A DNA stretch of 64,000 bases, taken from positions 47,481 through 111,480 of IMG/VR virus record IMGVR_UViG_3300021420_000001, one strand, 5' to 3'. Each line of letters begins with the position of its first letter. The first letter of the stretch is position 1. Shown piece after piece: positions 9,730 through 19,314 of the stretch. Source of the DNA: a virus. The notes under the pieces are model-generated. The model was given only the letters and a program-made list of their open reading frames with translations. It ran no database searches and was not told the DNA's origin. The translations under genes were made by a program, and so were the position numbers.

Positions 9730-10629
9730 TTACGATCGCCCCAAAGCCTTTGTCAGTACCCGCTGCCAGAATAAAAGCGGGTGGTGCCGCGTGAACACCT
9801 TACAATGGAACCTAGCCGCCATCTGCCGTAAATGATCATCGTCCGTGATTTCGACAATCTGAGCAGCTTCCTCGGCGTTATCGAACTCCAAATAGTCAAC
9901 GCCAGGCTCGAACCAGTTCTTGGTCGGGGAACCGCGCTTCTCCAAAAGGACTGAACCTGCAAAGCCGGTCTCCACAACCCGACCCTTGACATGCATACTC
10001 TGAGTCGAACCCGTGATCCCGTAATTGTACGTGATCTTGGTATTACACATGATCGCACCCATCTCATCGTAGGTACGACCAATAGGACCTTGCCGAAAGT
10101 CAATAAGACCCTTCTGTTGGAGAGCCTCGGTCGTGGCCTTACGCTCTGAGTGGCCTAAGCCACCAACCATACCGAGCTTGATTGTCTTCTGCTCCCAAGG
10201 GACGGGCTTGAAGGAGCGCCAATCAATCGGCGTCAGCTCCAGCATCCCATTCTCGAAGCGGTCAATGGGTGTTCCAGGAGCGCCATCGATACTTACCTGG
10301 ACCGTGAAGCACTTTTCCTTTTCGTAGACTTCTAGCATCGGCCACCAAGGCGGGTCTCCGGCGTCGTCACACATGTGCACCATTGGTGCCACAGAGTTGA
10401 GGGCACGAAGAACGTCTGGCTGGGGCACGGGACGACCATGATATTGTTCGATGGCCCCGATAAATAGAATGAAATCCGGACGCCAAGATCTAGCGGTATC
10501 CACGAGTTCGTGGTGCTGTTCATGCGGGCGGTTGTCATATTGCTGCGTGAAGACTTCGTGTCCGATAGACTGAAGGGAACGGTATTTATTTTCGCAGTCC
10601 GTGTAAGTTATCAGGCACAAAACTCTCAT
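9730..10629 (-). CDS. glycosyltransferase (CgeB/Glyco_trans_1_2-like), paralog B
   Basis: HVKGRVVETGFAGS..LE...WFEPGVDYLEF; aligns end to end with 7879-8775. Confidence 0.8.
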   Translation of the reverse strand: MRVLCLITYTDCENKYRSLQSIGHEVFTQQYDNRPHEQHHELVDTARSWRPDFILFIGAIEQYHGRPVPQPDVLRALNSVAPMVHMCDDAGDPPWWPMLEVYEKEKCFTVQVSIDGAPGTPIDRFENGMLELTPIDWRSFKPVPWEQKTIKLGMVGGLGHSERKATTEALQQKGLIDFRQGPIGRTYDEMGAIMCNTKITYNYGITGSTQSMHVKGRVVETGFAGSVLLEKRGSPTKNWFEPGVDYLEFDNAEEAAQIVEITDDDHLRQMAARFHCKVFTRHHPLLFWQRVLTKALGRS

Positions 10630-10817
10630 TTCTTTTCAACCGCAAACGCAAGATTCAAATACCCTTTTGCCAAAGACTCCTTGAGCTCATCAAAAAGTAT
10701 AGCAGACTCGTATTTCGTTTTGCAACGTAATGTAATTCGCACAGATCCATCCGACATGAGATCTAATTCAAAGTTCTGGGCAGCAACCAATTCCGATTTA
10801 ACGGCTACAACACCCAC
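10626..10817 (-). CDS. hypothetical protein
   Basis: short coupled ORF. Confidence 0.4.
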   Translation of the reverse strand: MGVVAVKSELVAAQNFELDLMSDGSVRITLRCKTKYESAILFDELKESLAKGYLNLAFAVEKK

Positions 10818-11027
10818 CTATTCCTTCCTCTCAATGTACTTGGCCGGACCCTGCTTCAACCGTTCCGCCCTGGACATACGCACGCGCTTGGTATTCTTCA
10901 GAGCATTACGACGATAGCCCCGATAAGTGGAAGCAGCGCGAGGCGGTTTGCGCTTAGGCGGAGCCTGAACGACGACACGACCTGGAATGTAGCGTTCGAT
11001 CACGGCAACCAATCCTTCAACATCCAA
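10818..11027 (-). CDS. small basic hypothetical protein
   Basis: short Arg/Lys-rich ORF abutting the next gene. Confidence 0.4.
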   Translation of the reverse strand: MDVEGLVAVIERYIPGRVVVQAPPKRKPPRAASTYRGYRRNALKNTKRVRMSRAERLKQGPAKYIERKE

Positions 11028-11118
11028 GCCAAACTAAATCCAACACCAAATGCCCCACAAGACATCAGCAGTGGCGCGTAACGATCACGATTCGACATTT
11101 GCCCCCAACGAGTACGAA

Positions 11119-11739
11119 TCAACTCAGTAACTCCCTTAGAGCACCTGAGTCACGCATACCACGAGCTAGGTCACCGTGCGAGAATCCAGGCACAACAGTT
11201 GGCTTGACGCCAATCCGCTCGATCATCTGCCGGTCCAGTCGCGTATCAGGGCCGTCACTGATGAACGCTTTCACAACTGGGATTGGACCGTCCTTGAAGT
11301 AGGGAAGAAGTTCCACGTCCGGGTTGGCGGGGTCCACGATGAAGGGATGGTCAACCGGGTCGAACCCATTAGGCTGGCGCGAGGTCAGAGCTGATATTGC
11401 AATGACTTCGTCCGCATGCCCCAATTGTCCGTATAGTAGTGCTGCATAAGCTCCAGAAGACACGCCGATAGTAATGACGTACTTGTCATAATGGTCCCAA
11501 AAATTGGCGATATAGTCTCCAACCTCCCCTTGGTCACCAATTCCCTGAACACCGTAATGATGATAGCGCTGGGTTGAGTCCCGCATCAGGACGTAAGAGC
11601 AATCCAATTGCTCCAGCGTCTTTCCGAATTGATAGACATTCTGTGGTCCGCCGGCAAAGGCGATGACCAATCGATCAGAAGGCTTCAGATGTTCTTCGTA
11701 ATCCACCAAGCGCAACTCGACCCGTTTACCATTGACCAT
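11119..11739 (-). CDS. alpha/beta-hydrolase fold protein (esterase/acyltransferase-like)
   Basis: GVSSGAY nucleophile elbow (GxSxG) and C-terminal His (FSHG). Confidence 0.65.
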   Translation of the reverse strand: MVNGKRVELRLVDYEEHLKPSDRLVIAFAGGPQNVYQFGKTLEQLDCSYVLMRDSTQRYHHYGVQGIGDQGEVGDYIANFWDHYDKYVITIGVSSGAYAALLYGQLGHADEVIAISALTSRQPNGFDPVDHPFIVDPANPDVELLPYFKDGPIPVVKAFISDGPDTRLDRQMIERIGVKPTVVPGFSHGDLARGMRDSGALRELLS

Positions 11740-11754
11740 GACCTAACCATACGC

Positions 11755-14691
11755 TCAGTTCAATTGCGCGCAAGGCAGGTGGGTAGCAAGGTTGAGTTCC
11801 TGATTGTCCGAAGTCAGAACCGTACACTGCAACAGGTACGTCACGTTGGCCACGCAACCCGCGAACTGCTGCAGGACAGCCCGACCGAAGACCCCCGCAG
11901 GAACCCCAGGGAAGGCCGGAGGGACGGGTCCGATCTGGGAGGCCCCAAAGACTATCCCCTGTGGGTTAGGGTCCTGGGTGAGGCTTACACCCGCGTTGGC
12001 GACCGTTATCCCGACAATCGAGGCGATCGTGACGCCAGACCCGAGCCAAGGGTCGAAATTGAACGTGACAGTTACCTTCTCCACGGTGGGATCGATAACC
12101 GAGAGATCATTACCATAAGGCATGCCCATAACCCTTGGCGTTGTCACAAAGGTGCGGGCGGAGCCCTGTTTGGATGGCAGCGTAGAATTCGGCGCGTTCG
12201 GATTACAGACAAAGCGTGGGTCTGTAATGAGCAGCGCTGTCGGGAATAGGATTGCGCCATTGCGCCAGTAGAAGCCTTGCCACGCGGGAATGTCGGCCGG
12301 AACGCTACTACCGTAATTCCAATTCTGTATTGGCGGAGTTACGACCGTTGGCCGGTTCGTGACGTTGGCGTTGACTTGACCCAACCACTGCCAGAATGGT
12401 TCATCAAATGGACGGGTCTGGAATTTCCACAGTGGTGCAGAAGGCTGACCACCAGCTGTTACAATTGGCGTAAGTAGGGTATTACTCTTTGGCCCGAACT
12501 GCCAACCACTGGAATCATCTTGCCCAAACTTCCAAGGAATGTAGATGAAAGGTTCGTTGACGACAGGAACAAGGTTGATGTTCCTTGGCTTGGAACCTGA
12601 CTGCCAACTAGAAGAGTCATCGAAACCGTAACACCACGGCGAATACGTAAACGGCAGCGTTGGTACAAACGGAGTTAGATTTATGTTACGAGGTTTAGAC
12701 CCAGACTGCCAATAGCTTGAATCGTCCTGACCGAACTGCCACGGCGTATAAATGAAAGGCTCTACAACAACGACGGGAATAAGATTAACGTTCTTAGCCT
12801 TAGTCTTCAGTTGCCAAACGTCATCATCAAAAGGACGCGTTGAATAGAAAGCCGGACGTAGAACGGTCTTGGGTCCGGGAGGTAACGTTATCAGTGCAGC
12901 GGCTGTTCCCGTCCAATTCCAATTACTCGAATCATCAAAGCCGTAGCGCCAGGGGGAATAAGTGAAAGGTAAGGTCGTAACTGATGCAACCAGATTTATG
13001 TTCTTGGCGACAGGAAGCCTTTGCCAAACGGGCATGTCGTCTGGAGGACTATAATACCAAGTAGAAATTGATGGGAATTGAACACTCGCGGCTGCGTTCA
13101 GATTGTACGGGGCTTTGAACTGCCAAGTGCTTGAATCGTCAACGCCAAATTTCCAAGGGGGGCTAACGGTGGGGGTATTCCCCGATGCAATTAAATTAGC
13201 ATTACGCTCTATTGCCGGTTGCCAGATAAAATCATCTGAAGGACGTGAAGCGTAAAAGGGCGGACGTAGAACAGTTTTATTTGTAGGCGCATTCAACAGC
13301 GTGTAGAACGTCGCTGAACCTACCGCATTGGATTGCTGCCAATTAGGCTGATCATAATTGGCAAATGAATATGCCCAATTCTGCTTGAATGGATTCGTAG
13401 CCGCAACTGTAAGAAGGCTGCGGTTATTCGTAGAGGGCTGTCTCCACGCAGAAGAATCATCTAGGAGGTAATCCCAACGCTTTGTCAGAACTTGACCAGG
13501 AGCCCCAAAGAATTTAGTCCCGGTAAGGATCTCAAGAATGCCGGAATTGTAATTCTCGGGAGTGCCTTGCCAAGCAGATTCGGCGATATCGTAATCAAAC
13601 TTCCACAACCAAGGGATGTTAACAAACGCCTCAGAGACTTGAAGCGGGCTACGGCCTTGTGAACTAAATTGCCACCCCGAAGAGTCATCGTAATTGTATA
13701 GCGGTCCCCACCTTTTAGTTGGAGGTTGTCCACCAACATCCAATAGCACAAGAGTATTTGCATTACGATTGTCGGCCGTCGGAGCCCAAATGAAATCGTC
13801 CGATGGTCGTGGCGCAAAGAAAGCTGGACGCAGGACCGTCTTAGGTAAAATACTTGCAGCTAAGCTACGGTTGTATGGTGCAGAAGCGAATGACCAAAGG
13901 GAAGAATCATCAATACCATTCAAGAAAGATCGAGCGGGTTTCTTGTTGACAAAAGCAGAGACATAATTGATGACGATAAGACCGTTAGCACCTACGCCCG
14001 CAGTACCTCCAGTAGTAGCCCCGCCACCGCCGGCGCCGTAATTACCGCCAGCACCGGCTGTGCCCGTTGTACAGCCACCGCCACCGCCACCAGACCCATG
14101 AGAAGCATCATACTCCGTGCCGGGATTTCCTGCAGTACCACTCGTTGTCCCACCGGCGCCGCCTGTGCCTCCTGAAGTACCGTCTCCCTGACCACCAATA
14201 CCACCGTTACCCACAGTACCATTGGCGCCAACATTGCCAGCTCCGTTAGGGCCACCTGCACCGCCACCGCCTCCAGCATCGGTCGAGACTGATCCGCCGT
14301 TACCGCCATTATTTGCAGAGGTACCTACGCTAGCAGCGGCAGTCCCACCGAGTCCGCCAGTTCCCCCACCTCCAGTGACAGCAGCAGCGCCCGCAGCTGC
14401 GCAACTGACTGTATTACCATTCGCAACAGCATTAGCTAATGAAGTAGCATTAAACCAAGTGTCGTTACCCTTTTGTCCTGTTGCTCCACCAGCACCAATC
14501 CCAACGTTGAGAACGGCGCGTGGTGTAACAGTGAGAATACTCCGTGCCCAGGCGCCACCTCCGCCACCGCCACCTGCGCCGGCTCCGCCAGCACCACCAG
14601 AACCAGAGCCAAGGCAATCAACAACAACCTGAACGCAATCGTCAGGAACCGTCCAGGTCGTCGTACCGTTCAGTAGGAAAATCTGAGGCAT
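11755..14691 (-). CDS. virion fibre-like protein: Gly-rich N-domain, Trp/Asp-rich repeats, C-terminal adaptor-like domain
   Basis: TWTVP...GGGGGGG glycine-rich domain; repeated PWx(F/Y)GxDDSSxWQ and KTVLRPxF..RPxDD..W units. Confidence 0.75.
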   Translation of the reverse strand: MPQIFLLNGTTTWTVPDDCVQVVVDCLGSGSGGAGGAGAGGGGGGGAWARSILTVTPRAVLNVGIGAGGATGQKGNDTWFNATSLANAVANGNTVSCAAAGAAAVTGGGGTGGLGGTAAASVGTSANNGGNGGSVSTDAGGGGGAGGPNGAGNVGANGTVGNGGIGGQGDGTSGGTGGAGGTTSGTAGNPGTEYDASHGSGGGGGGCTTGTAGAGGNYGAGGGGATTGGTAGVGANGLIVINYVSAFVNKKPARSFLNGIDDSSLWSFASAPYNRSLAASILPKTVLRPAFFAPRPSDDFIWAPTADNRNANTLVLLDVGGQPPTKRWGPLYNYDDSSGWQFSSQGRSPLQVSEAFVNIPWLWKFDYDIAESAWQGTPENYNSGILEILTGTKFFGAPGQVLTKRWDYLLDDSSAWRQPSTNNRSLLTVAATNPFKQNWAYSFANYDQPNWQQSNAVGSATFYTLLNAPTNKTVLRPPFYASRPSDDFIWQPAIERNANLIASGNTPTVSPPWKFGVDDSSTWQFKAPYNLNAAASVQFPSISTWYYSPPDDMPVWQRLPVAKNINLVASVTTLPFTYSPWRYGFDDSSNWNWTGTAAALITLPPGPKTVLRPAFYSTRPFDDDVWQLKTKAKNVNLIPVVVVEPFIYTPWQFGQDDSSYWQSGSKPRNINLTPFVPTLPFTYSPWCYGFDDSSSWQSGSKPRNINLVPVVNEPFIYIPWKFGQDDSSGWQFGPKSNTLLTPIVTAGGQPSAPLWKFQTRPFDEPFWQWLGQVNANVTNRPTVVTPPIQNWNYGSSVPADIPAWQGFYWRNGAILFPTALLITDPRFVCNPNAPNSTLPSKQGSARTFVTTPRVMGMPYGNDLSVIDPTVEKVTVTFNFDPWLGSGVTIASIVGITVANAGVSLTQDPNPQGIVFGASQIGPVPPAFPGVPAGVFGRAVLQQFAGCVANVTYLLQCTVLTSDNQELNLATHLPCAQLN

Positions 14692-14717
14692 AGATGCTCA
14701 CGCCCCTAAATTTTCCA

Positions 14718-14960
14718 TTAACGAAGAAGCATGTTCGGGAAACCAAGCGAGGTCTTTGGTGGAACTTCACCTACGACTTCTTCAGGAGGTACTGCCGACC
14801 CCACAACGCCTCGATAGCAACCATCACAAATAGGTGGGTCGAACGGAGTCGTCATTGGTATCTGTAGGATACGGCGAAGTGCCTCGACCTCTGCAAGCGA
14901 TCGACGTTCTCGCTCGAAAGGTTCGAGGCACCAACCACAAAGCAGTGTCTGCTTAGCCAT
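14718..14960 (-). CDS. small Zn-finger-like protein
   Basis: CGWC...CDGC. Confidence 0.45.
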   Translation of the reverse strand: MAKQTLLCGWCLEPFERERRSLAEVEALRRILQIPMTTPFDPPICDGCYRGVVGSAVPPEEVVGEVPPKTSLGFPNMLLR

Positions 14961-14987
14961 TTGTACGTCCCAGAAAAGTATACTACG

Positions 14988-15497
14988 TCAGAGCGACTCG
15001 TACACCATATGACTTCCGACCAATCCGGGAGTACCGCCTGTGAAGGCCGAGAGTGAGACCTCCCCAAGCGAGGCCGTATTGCCCAAGACGCTGAAGCACT
15101 CCTCTAGGCGGTTGGCGCGCCAGAAGTAGACGCCACCAAAAGCATTGAGCGAGCAGTTCGCCAAGTGCAATGTAGACGATCGCTGAGGTGGTGTCGCATT
15201 GATATTACCCGTCAGGGCCGGAGCGGCAAGCGCGGCAGTGGCCGGATCAATCGCGGCGTCGGTCACACCCGTACCGTTCGAGTTGGTAACACCGACCGTG
15301 GAGTCCCTGGAGAGTAGCATGATCGTCGGGGACGAGGACGAAGGGGCCTGGCCCGCAATCGAGATTTCCCATACCTTGTTCAGCTGGGTAGCCGTACCAC
15401 CCTGTAGGATGAACGGATAGGTGCCACTCGTCATACCAGTCGTGTCGGCAAAGGCAGTCGGGGTCAGGGTCGTATTGGAAACAATGCGTCTAGCCAT
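14988..15497 (-). CDS. putative virion structural protein
   Basis: Thr/Ser/Gly-rich beta-type protein, good SD (AGAGGAG), in structural block. Confidence 0.6.
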   Translation of the reverse strand: MARRIVSNTTLTPTAFADTTGMTSGTYPFILQGGTATQLNKVWEISIAGQAPSSSSPTIMLLSRDSTVGVTNSNGTGVTDAAIDPATAALAAPALTGNINATPPQRSSTLHLANCSLNAFGGVYFWRANRLEECFSVLGNTASLGEVSLSAFTGGTPGLVGSHMVYESL

Positions 15498-15564
15498 AGT
15501 TCACTCCTCTTGGCTTTTCTGCCGGCCGTCATGGCTAGGGCAGGTTGAATTCCGGGGTTTGACG

Positions 15565-15921
15565 TTATCGAAGAAGACGCGGGGGGATAGAAGGGGGTTG
15601 CCCCTTGGCAACAGCATCCACAAATTCATCGATGACCTGCTTCATGGGCTTGAGCTCTACGCCAAGCTTGCGCAGCAAATCGCAATTGTCGCAGATGTAT
15701 CGGTCCAACTTACGACAATAAGCTCGCTCACGCTCCCGTAGTGGATTGCGTACAATAAGACTCTCACAATACGGACAATTATACGTCGCTGCCTGAAGAC
15801 GCTTACCGGCTTCGACTGGAATTGTGCCATGACCGACCTTAGCCGCAAGCTCTGGGGAAACGCCAGGGCTCTCGCGGTGGTCGATCTCAAGGTAACCTTC
15901 GAGCTCGCGTTTGGAGAACAT
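15565..15921 (-). CDS. Cys-rich hypothetical protein
   Basis: CPYC...C....ICDNC; EGYLEIDHR motif. Confidence 0.6.
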   Translation of the reverse strand: MFSKRELEGYLEIDHRESPGVSPELAAKVGHGTIPVEAGKRLQAATYNCPYCESLIVRNPLRERERAYCRKLDRYICDNCDLLRKLGVELKPMKQVIDEFVDAVAKGQPPSIPPRLLR

Positions 15922-15924
15922 TGC

Positions 15925-16740
15925 CTACATCATGATCATGGGTTGAGCACCAAAAAGGGTGTCCGGAGAGATTCCTGAGCTCGTAACCCCTGAGAAAAAA
16001 CTCTGTTGTGAAATAGGAGGATACCAAAAAGACCAAGGATCGGATGCTGCTTGTATTAATTCTGGGAGTAGGTTAAATCTACCAACAGAAAACATTGCAG
16101 CACTATTATTACCGATTCCTACAAGGGTGTCTCTATTGCCGAATACGTAAGTACCGTTACTAGGGGAGGCAACGCTTGCCTGCGTTCCGGTAGCGGTTTG
16201 GATTTGCCCGGTCGCCAGATTTCTGACCGCCGCGTTCCACGTAGTAGTACCCTGGTGAAACGAAATGGCAAAGAAGTAAGGTAATCCAACAGTGGGAACT
16301 ATTCCGGTCGTTACCGATGTATCTCCACCAAGTGTGAGGGCAAATGCCGTTACACCGCTAGTAAACAGTCCTGGTCCGATGCCGGTACCGCTTCCAGAAG
16401 AATTACAAGCGTAGAAAGCCGTACCTGAAACAGTAGATGGGCGAACAATTGCGGCCACTGTATAAATCGTCTCAGTTGTTGCCGGCCGCGAAGACCACGT
16501 AAAAGCGTCCGTCGACGCAGCAAATTTAATTGCTGGCCCAAGCGCGCCATCGATCAGAGCAGAAGGACCGCCGACAACTATACCAGGCTTTGCCCCATTA
16601 ACTAAATCTACAGCTCCACCACTTGACGTCGCCACAAAAGAAAACCGGGTCTTAACTCCAGCTAAGACGTGGGTAGGGTCAAACCCGGATAGACGTCCTG
16701 CCGGGTAAGTAAGCGGATTATATGGACGAAGAAGACGCAT
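15925..16740 (-). CDS. putative LamG/concanavalin-like virion protein
   Basis: beta-sandwich-like composition ending in DPWSFWYP. Confidence 0.55.
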   Translation of the reverse strand: MRLLRPYNPLTYPAGRLSGFDPTHVLAGVKTRFSFVATSSGGAVDLVNGAKPGIVVGGPSALIDGALGPAIKFAASTDAFTWSSRPATTETIYTVAAIVRPSTVSGTAFYACNSSGSGTGIGPGLFTSGVTAFALTLGGDTSVTTGIVPTVGLPYFFAISFHQGTTTWNAAVRNLATGQIQTATGTQASVASPSNGTYVFGNRDTLVGIGNNSAAMFSVGRFNLLPELIQAASDPWSFWYPPISQQSFFSGVTSSGISPDTLFGAQPMIMM

Positions 16741-17238
16741 TTAAGCGTTCAGATTTTGGTTGTAGGTACGATACTTCACAGTCTGAGTACCAGCCGAAAG
16801 TGCCGTTGATGGTAGTAAATTGTTGACAAGCGCGAATCGGAAGGAGCCAGGAGGTAGAACCAACCCCTGTACAAAGTACACAAGTGATGTTAGAGTAGCT
16901 ACGCGAAAGTTTACCGGTACTGGGGGAAGCGCAGGAGTGCCTACCGTTTGCGTACCGGGTGTCGCATAAAGTCCATCACCATAAGTAGTACCATCATCAA
17001 GCAAAGGATAAAGATACAAAGCAACACCGGCACCAGCTGTCAATGTCGTAGAAGCAATGGCAAGTCGGATGGAAATATCCATATACTGATCAAGTGATGT
17101 TCCATTGGTAATGTCACCCACCGACGAAAGAACCCCGCTACCGTTTGGTAGGCTGACAAGATCGGATGAATTGATCAAGGTTGCAAAGCCAAGACCGGGG
17201 CCAAGCCGTCCGCCAATCCATGCTGTGTTATTCGCCAT
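16741..17238 (-). CDS. putative virion structural protein
   Basis: VALYLYPLLDDGTTYGD...LPPGSFRFALVNN; structural block. Confidence 0.6.
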   Translation of the reverse strand: MANNTAWIGGRLGPGLGFATLINSSDLVSLPNGSGVLSSVGDITNGTSLDQYMDISIRLAIASTTLTAGAGVALYLYPLLDDGTTYGDGLYATPGTQTVGTPALPPVPVNFRVATLTSLVYFVQGLVLPPGSFRFALVNNLLPSTALSAGTQTVKYRTYNQNLNA

Positions 17239-17250
17239 ATGTTAACCCTC

Positions 17251-19314
17251 TTAGCTGCTTCCGTTTGCAATCGCAAACGCCGGAAAGGATTGATAAGGAG
17301 AACTGTAAATATCTCCAGGATACATGCTCCAGGGGAGGTTTCCAGCCAGGGTGAAGTACGCACCCATAGAACCCGCTGGAAGACCGGGTGTAGTCTTAAA
17401 TTGAGATATCAAATCTTGGATAATCTGGTTAAAGGTAGAACTGTACTTGTACCCAGTCAACATGACATCGATCTTGCCGCCAGAGCCGCCGTAGGTTGTG
17501 CTAATACCGATGCTCGTACATTGCGCCGTTGTAGGCGCTTGCGCTTCATAACCACCCTCGTATAGCACAAATGGCAAGCCGTAGGTAGCACCCTGCGAAA
17601 CCCACCCAGGGTAAAATATTCCTGAATGCGTAGCCAAAGTCTCTCCTCCAGCCACGCTATTCTTTTTTCCGTTACGGACATCTGCGTTTATCCAAGCAAA
17701 TGCAGCATCATTATTGCCATTAGCGTAATTATCCGCTGCTCCAGTCAACCCAGCAAGATCTCCCGCTCCATAAGTTCCACCGTACGCCGGACCAGCGCAT
17801 AAGATCGCACCAGCAAAGTAATTAGCGAACGAGAAAACATCCGCGTAATCGATGGGACGACCATTACCCCCCGCACCCACTGTCTGATTGTAACTTACGC
17901 CGATGATGCTGGCATAGTTTGGGAACGTAGCAGTGTTTAAATCGGTCCCTTGCCAGCGGTAGATGTCGGTGGCTACAGGATCATTGACTTCCCCCTGCGC
18001 CATAACTCTCTTGAAGTTTTTCTGACCGCCGTAAGCCGTAGTTATCAAGGCCATCGTCAGTCTAAATCGAAGCCCATAAGTGGAAAAAATATATCTGGCA
18101 TTACTGCTCGGGAAACCCAACGCAGTGCCTACTGCACCGGCCCAGGATGATTGCTCGAATCCACTGGAAATGTTCCAAATCTCATTTGAGTATTCATAGT
18201 AACAATTCAGATCTTTCCGTAGATTGTTTTTTATGTAGGTCGCATCAGCCGTGATGTAGGCATCAGTTGCATGGACCGGAATGTGATACCACATATCCAT
18301 CCCAAGCTCGTTGCACATTTCCACCATTGCGAAAACAGGAAGACATTTGATACCTAAAGCACTTCCACTACCCAACCAGGCCCCCAAAATACTATCATAT
18401 ACCAAAGTCCAACAACTACCTGCCGAAATGGCGCCAGACCCCAAATTCTGGGCACTCATATTGAAAACCGGAACCCCTACTGTTCCATTTAGGGTTAGAG
18501 TTACATTGCCAGTGTTTGCTGCATTAAACTGAAGTTGTATCGTCTGTCCTTGCGTGAGTGTAGCTCCACTCACTGTTACTGAATATGTATTCCCGGAGTT
18601 TGTTGTTGAGCCCCCCCAAACTGTCGGCTCCCAACGGTTGGTGTAGCAAATTGCCGTAGATAGGCAATTCATTCCAACACCAGCTAAATTGTTGTTACTG
18701 TCGCAGTTATCAATCGTCGGCATACGGACGATCTTTGGATTCAACCTTTTCATAATGCTAAGAAAATCGGGATTGAACATGAGACCGGCATTCAAAGCCG
18801 GTCCATCAGCTTTTCGATAAAGTCGCAATTGCGTCAGATTGATAGTAGCTCCAGAAATAAATCCAGCCTCACAACCACTAAGCGTGCTCGGAGGAACGTT
18901 AAAGGTAAACTCTACAGATCCATCAGTACCAAATACTCCCAGATCAAATTGGGTAGTATACACAAAAGAATTACCAGCATAGACAGTAACTCCCGTACCA
19001 AGGCTAATTACCATCCCGTGGTTGCTAGAATTACCAAGCACGCCTTTCCAATCAAGAACCCAATGTCCGGTATATGATGAAATCGGCTGGATCAGGAAAT
19101 TTATACTCGAAGATAAAGTGCCAGTCGGAAAGTTATTGTTGTCCAACATTCCAGGAAAAGCAGTGGTACCATTGTTAGTAAAAGTCCCCATCAAGAACAT
19201 GTTCATGTAAGGGTACGGATAAGGCATGTAGTCAATATTCAAGACATTCGAGCCTGCGGGTAATGCCGCAGAACTAAAGAAATTTCTAACCGCTCCCCCA
19301 CCGCCAAGCAGCAC
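17251..19314 (-). CDS. virion-associated glycoside hydrolase/depolymerase (clan GH-A-like)
   Basis: EMCNELGMDMWYHIP, YYEYSNEIWN (acid/base NE) and LYEGG (nucleophile) motifs. Confidence 0.7.
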   Translation of the reverse strand: MLLGGGGAVRNFFSSAALPAGSNVLNIDYMPYPYPYMNMFLMGTFTNNGTTAFPGMLDNNNFPTGTLSSSINFLIQPISSYTGHWVLDWKGVLGNSSNHGMVISLGTGVTVYAGNSFVYTTQFDLGVFGTDGSVEFTFNVPPSTLSGCEAGFISGATINLTQLRLYRKADGPALNAGLMFNPDFLSIMKRLNPKIVRMPTIDNCDSNNNLAGVGMNCLSTAICYTNRWEPTVWGGSTTNSGNTYSVTVSGATLTQGQTIQLQFNAANTGNVTLTLNGTVGVPVFNMSAQNLGSGAISAGSCWTLVYDSILGAWLGSGSALGIKCLPVFAMVEMCNELGMDMWYHIPVHATDAYITADATYIKNNLRKDLNCYYEYSNEIWNISSGFEQSSWAGAVGTALGFPSSNARYIFSTYGLRFRLTMALITTAYGGQKNFKRVMAQGEVNDPVATDIYRWQGTDLNTATFPNYASIIGVSYNQTVGAGGNGRPIDYADVFSFANYFAGAILCAGPAYGGTYGAGDLAGLTGAADNYANGNNDAAFAWINADVRNGKKNSVAGGETLATHSGIFYPGWVSQGATYGLPFVLYEGGYEAQAPTTAQCTSIGISTTYGGSGGKIDVMLTGYKYSSTFNQIIQDLISQFKTTPGLPAGSMGAYFTLAGNLPWSMYPGDIYSSPYQSFPAFAIANGSS

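Noticed and set aside
13980-14640. Collagen-like or tandem DNA repeat in the Gly-rich region
   Set aside because: Not Gly-X-Y periodic; it is an ordinary phage glycine-rich domain.
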